From Bacillota bacterium (lineage in GTDB: Bacteria; Planctomycetota; UBA8108; UBA1146), in assembly GCA_003973385.1 (NCBI GenBank), contig QNYK01000010.1, positions 4,519 through 68,518 on the forward strand: a DNA stretch of 64,000 bases. Reading direction: 5' to 3'. The number at the start of each line of letters is the position of its first letter. Positions within the stretch are counted from its first letter, which is position 1. The notes under the pieces were generated by a model. The model made no database searches. It was not told the DNA's origin and saw nothing but the letters and a program-made list of their open reading frames with translations. A program made the position numbers and the translations under genes. This document shows positions 63,911 to 64,000 of the stretch, in pieces.

Positions 63911-64000
63911 TTAGGCCTCTTTCAGATCATCGGGGGAGATCTCGACGACCCCTCCCTCGACGATGGCACGCTGCGCAGCGATGCCCACCGCAGTGGCTCT
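63911..64000 (-). CDS. 3' end of a CDS, possibly another Gfo/Idh/MocA oxidoreductase (partial)
   Basis: RATAVGIAAQRAIVEGGVVEISPDDLKEA-stop resembles the C-terminal helix-strand of that family. Confidence 0.5.
   Translation of the reverse strand, partial: RATAVGIAAQRAIVEGGVVEISPDDLKEA

Overview
Mostly core-genome DNA from a member of the Planctomycetota. The 16S has an exact match to the Pla46 probe site, and there are planctomycete-type dockerin-like, VWA/HEAT and Tat-exported Gfo/Idh/MocA proteins. The window opens with a linked rRNA operon on the minus strand (16S, tRNA-Ile, tRNA-Ala, 23S cut by the window edge). Housekeeping genes follow: lgt, dxr-rseP-ubiA-like-purD, recA, IHF/HU, ParA, thiL, lysS, miaA, lpxH, tsaE, rsfS, hppA, gatCAB and comF, plus two CAT-anticodon tRNAs. 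I see no transposase, integrase, CRISPR array or phage gene. Best candidates for new biology: (1) a membrane-anchored Rad50/SbcC-like ATPase preceded by a stand-alone mini-protein resembling the Rad50-binding tail of Mre11/SbcD and followed by an LpxH-type metallophosphoesterase; (2) a giant GspK/PilX-like pseudopilin with a LamG domain and two secreted tandem paralogs directly behind recA; (3) a candidate cation-sensing riboswitch in the hppA leader; (4) an orphan ParA, small basic protein and IHF cluster; (5) a beta-propeller/di-heme/dockerin surface protein behind Tat-exported sugar-oxidation enzymes; (6) probable non-canonical starts (CTG, ATC) for lgt and gatC. All calls are by-eye motif recognition; no searches were run.
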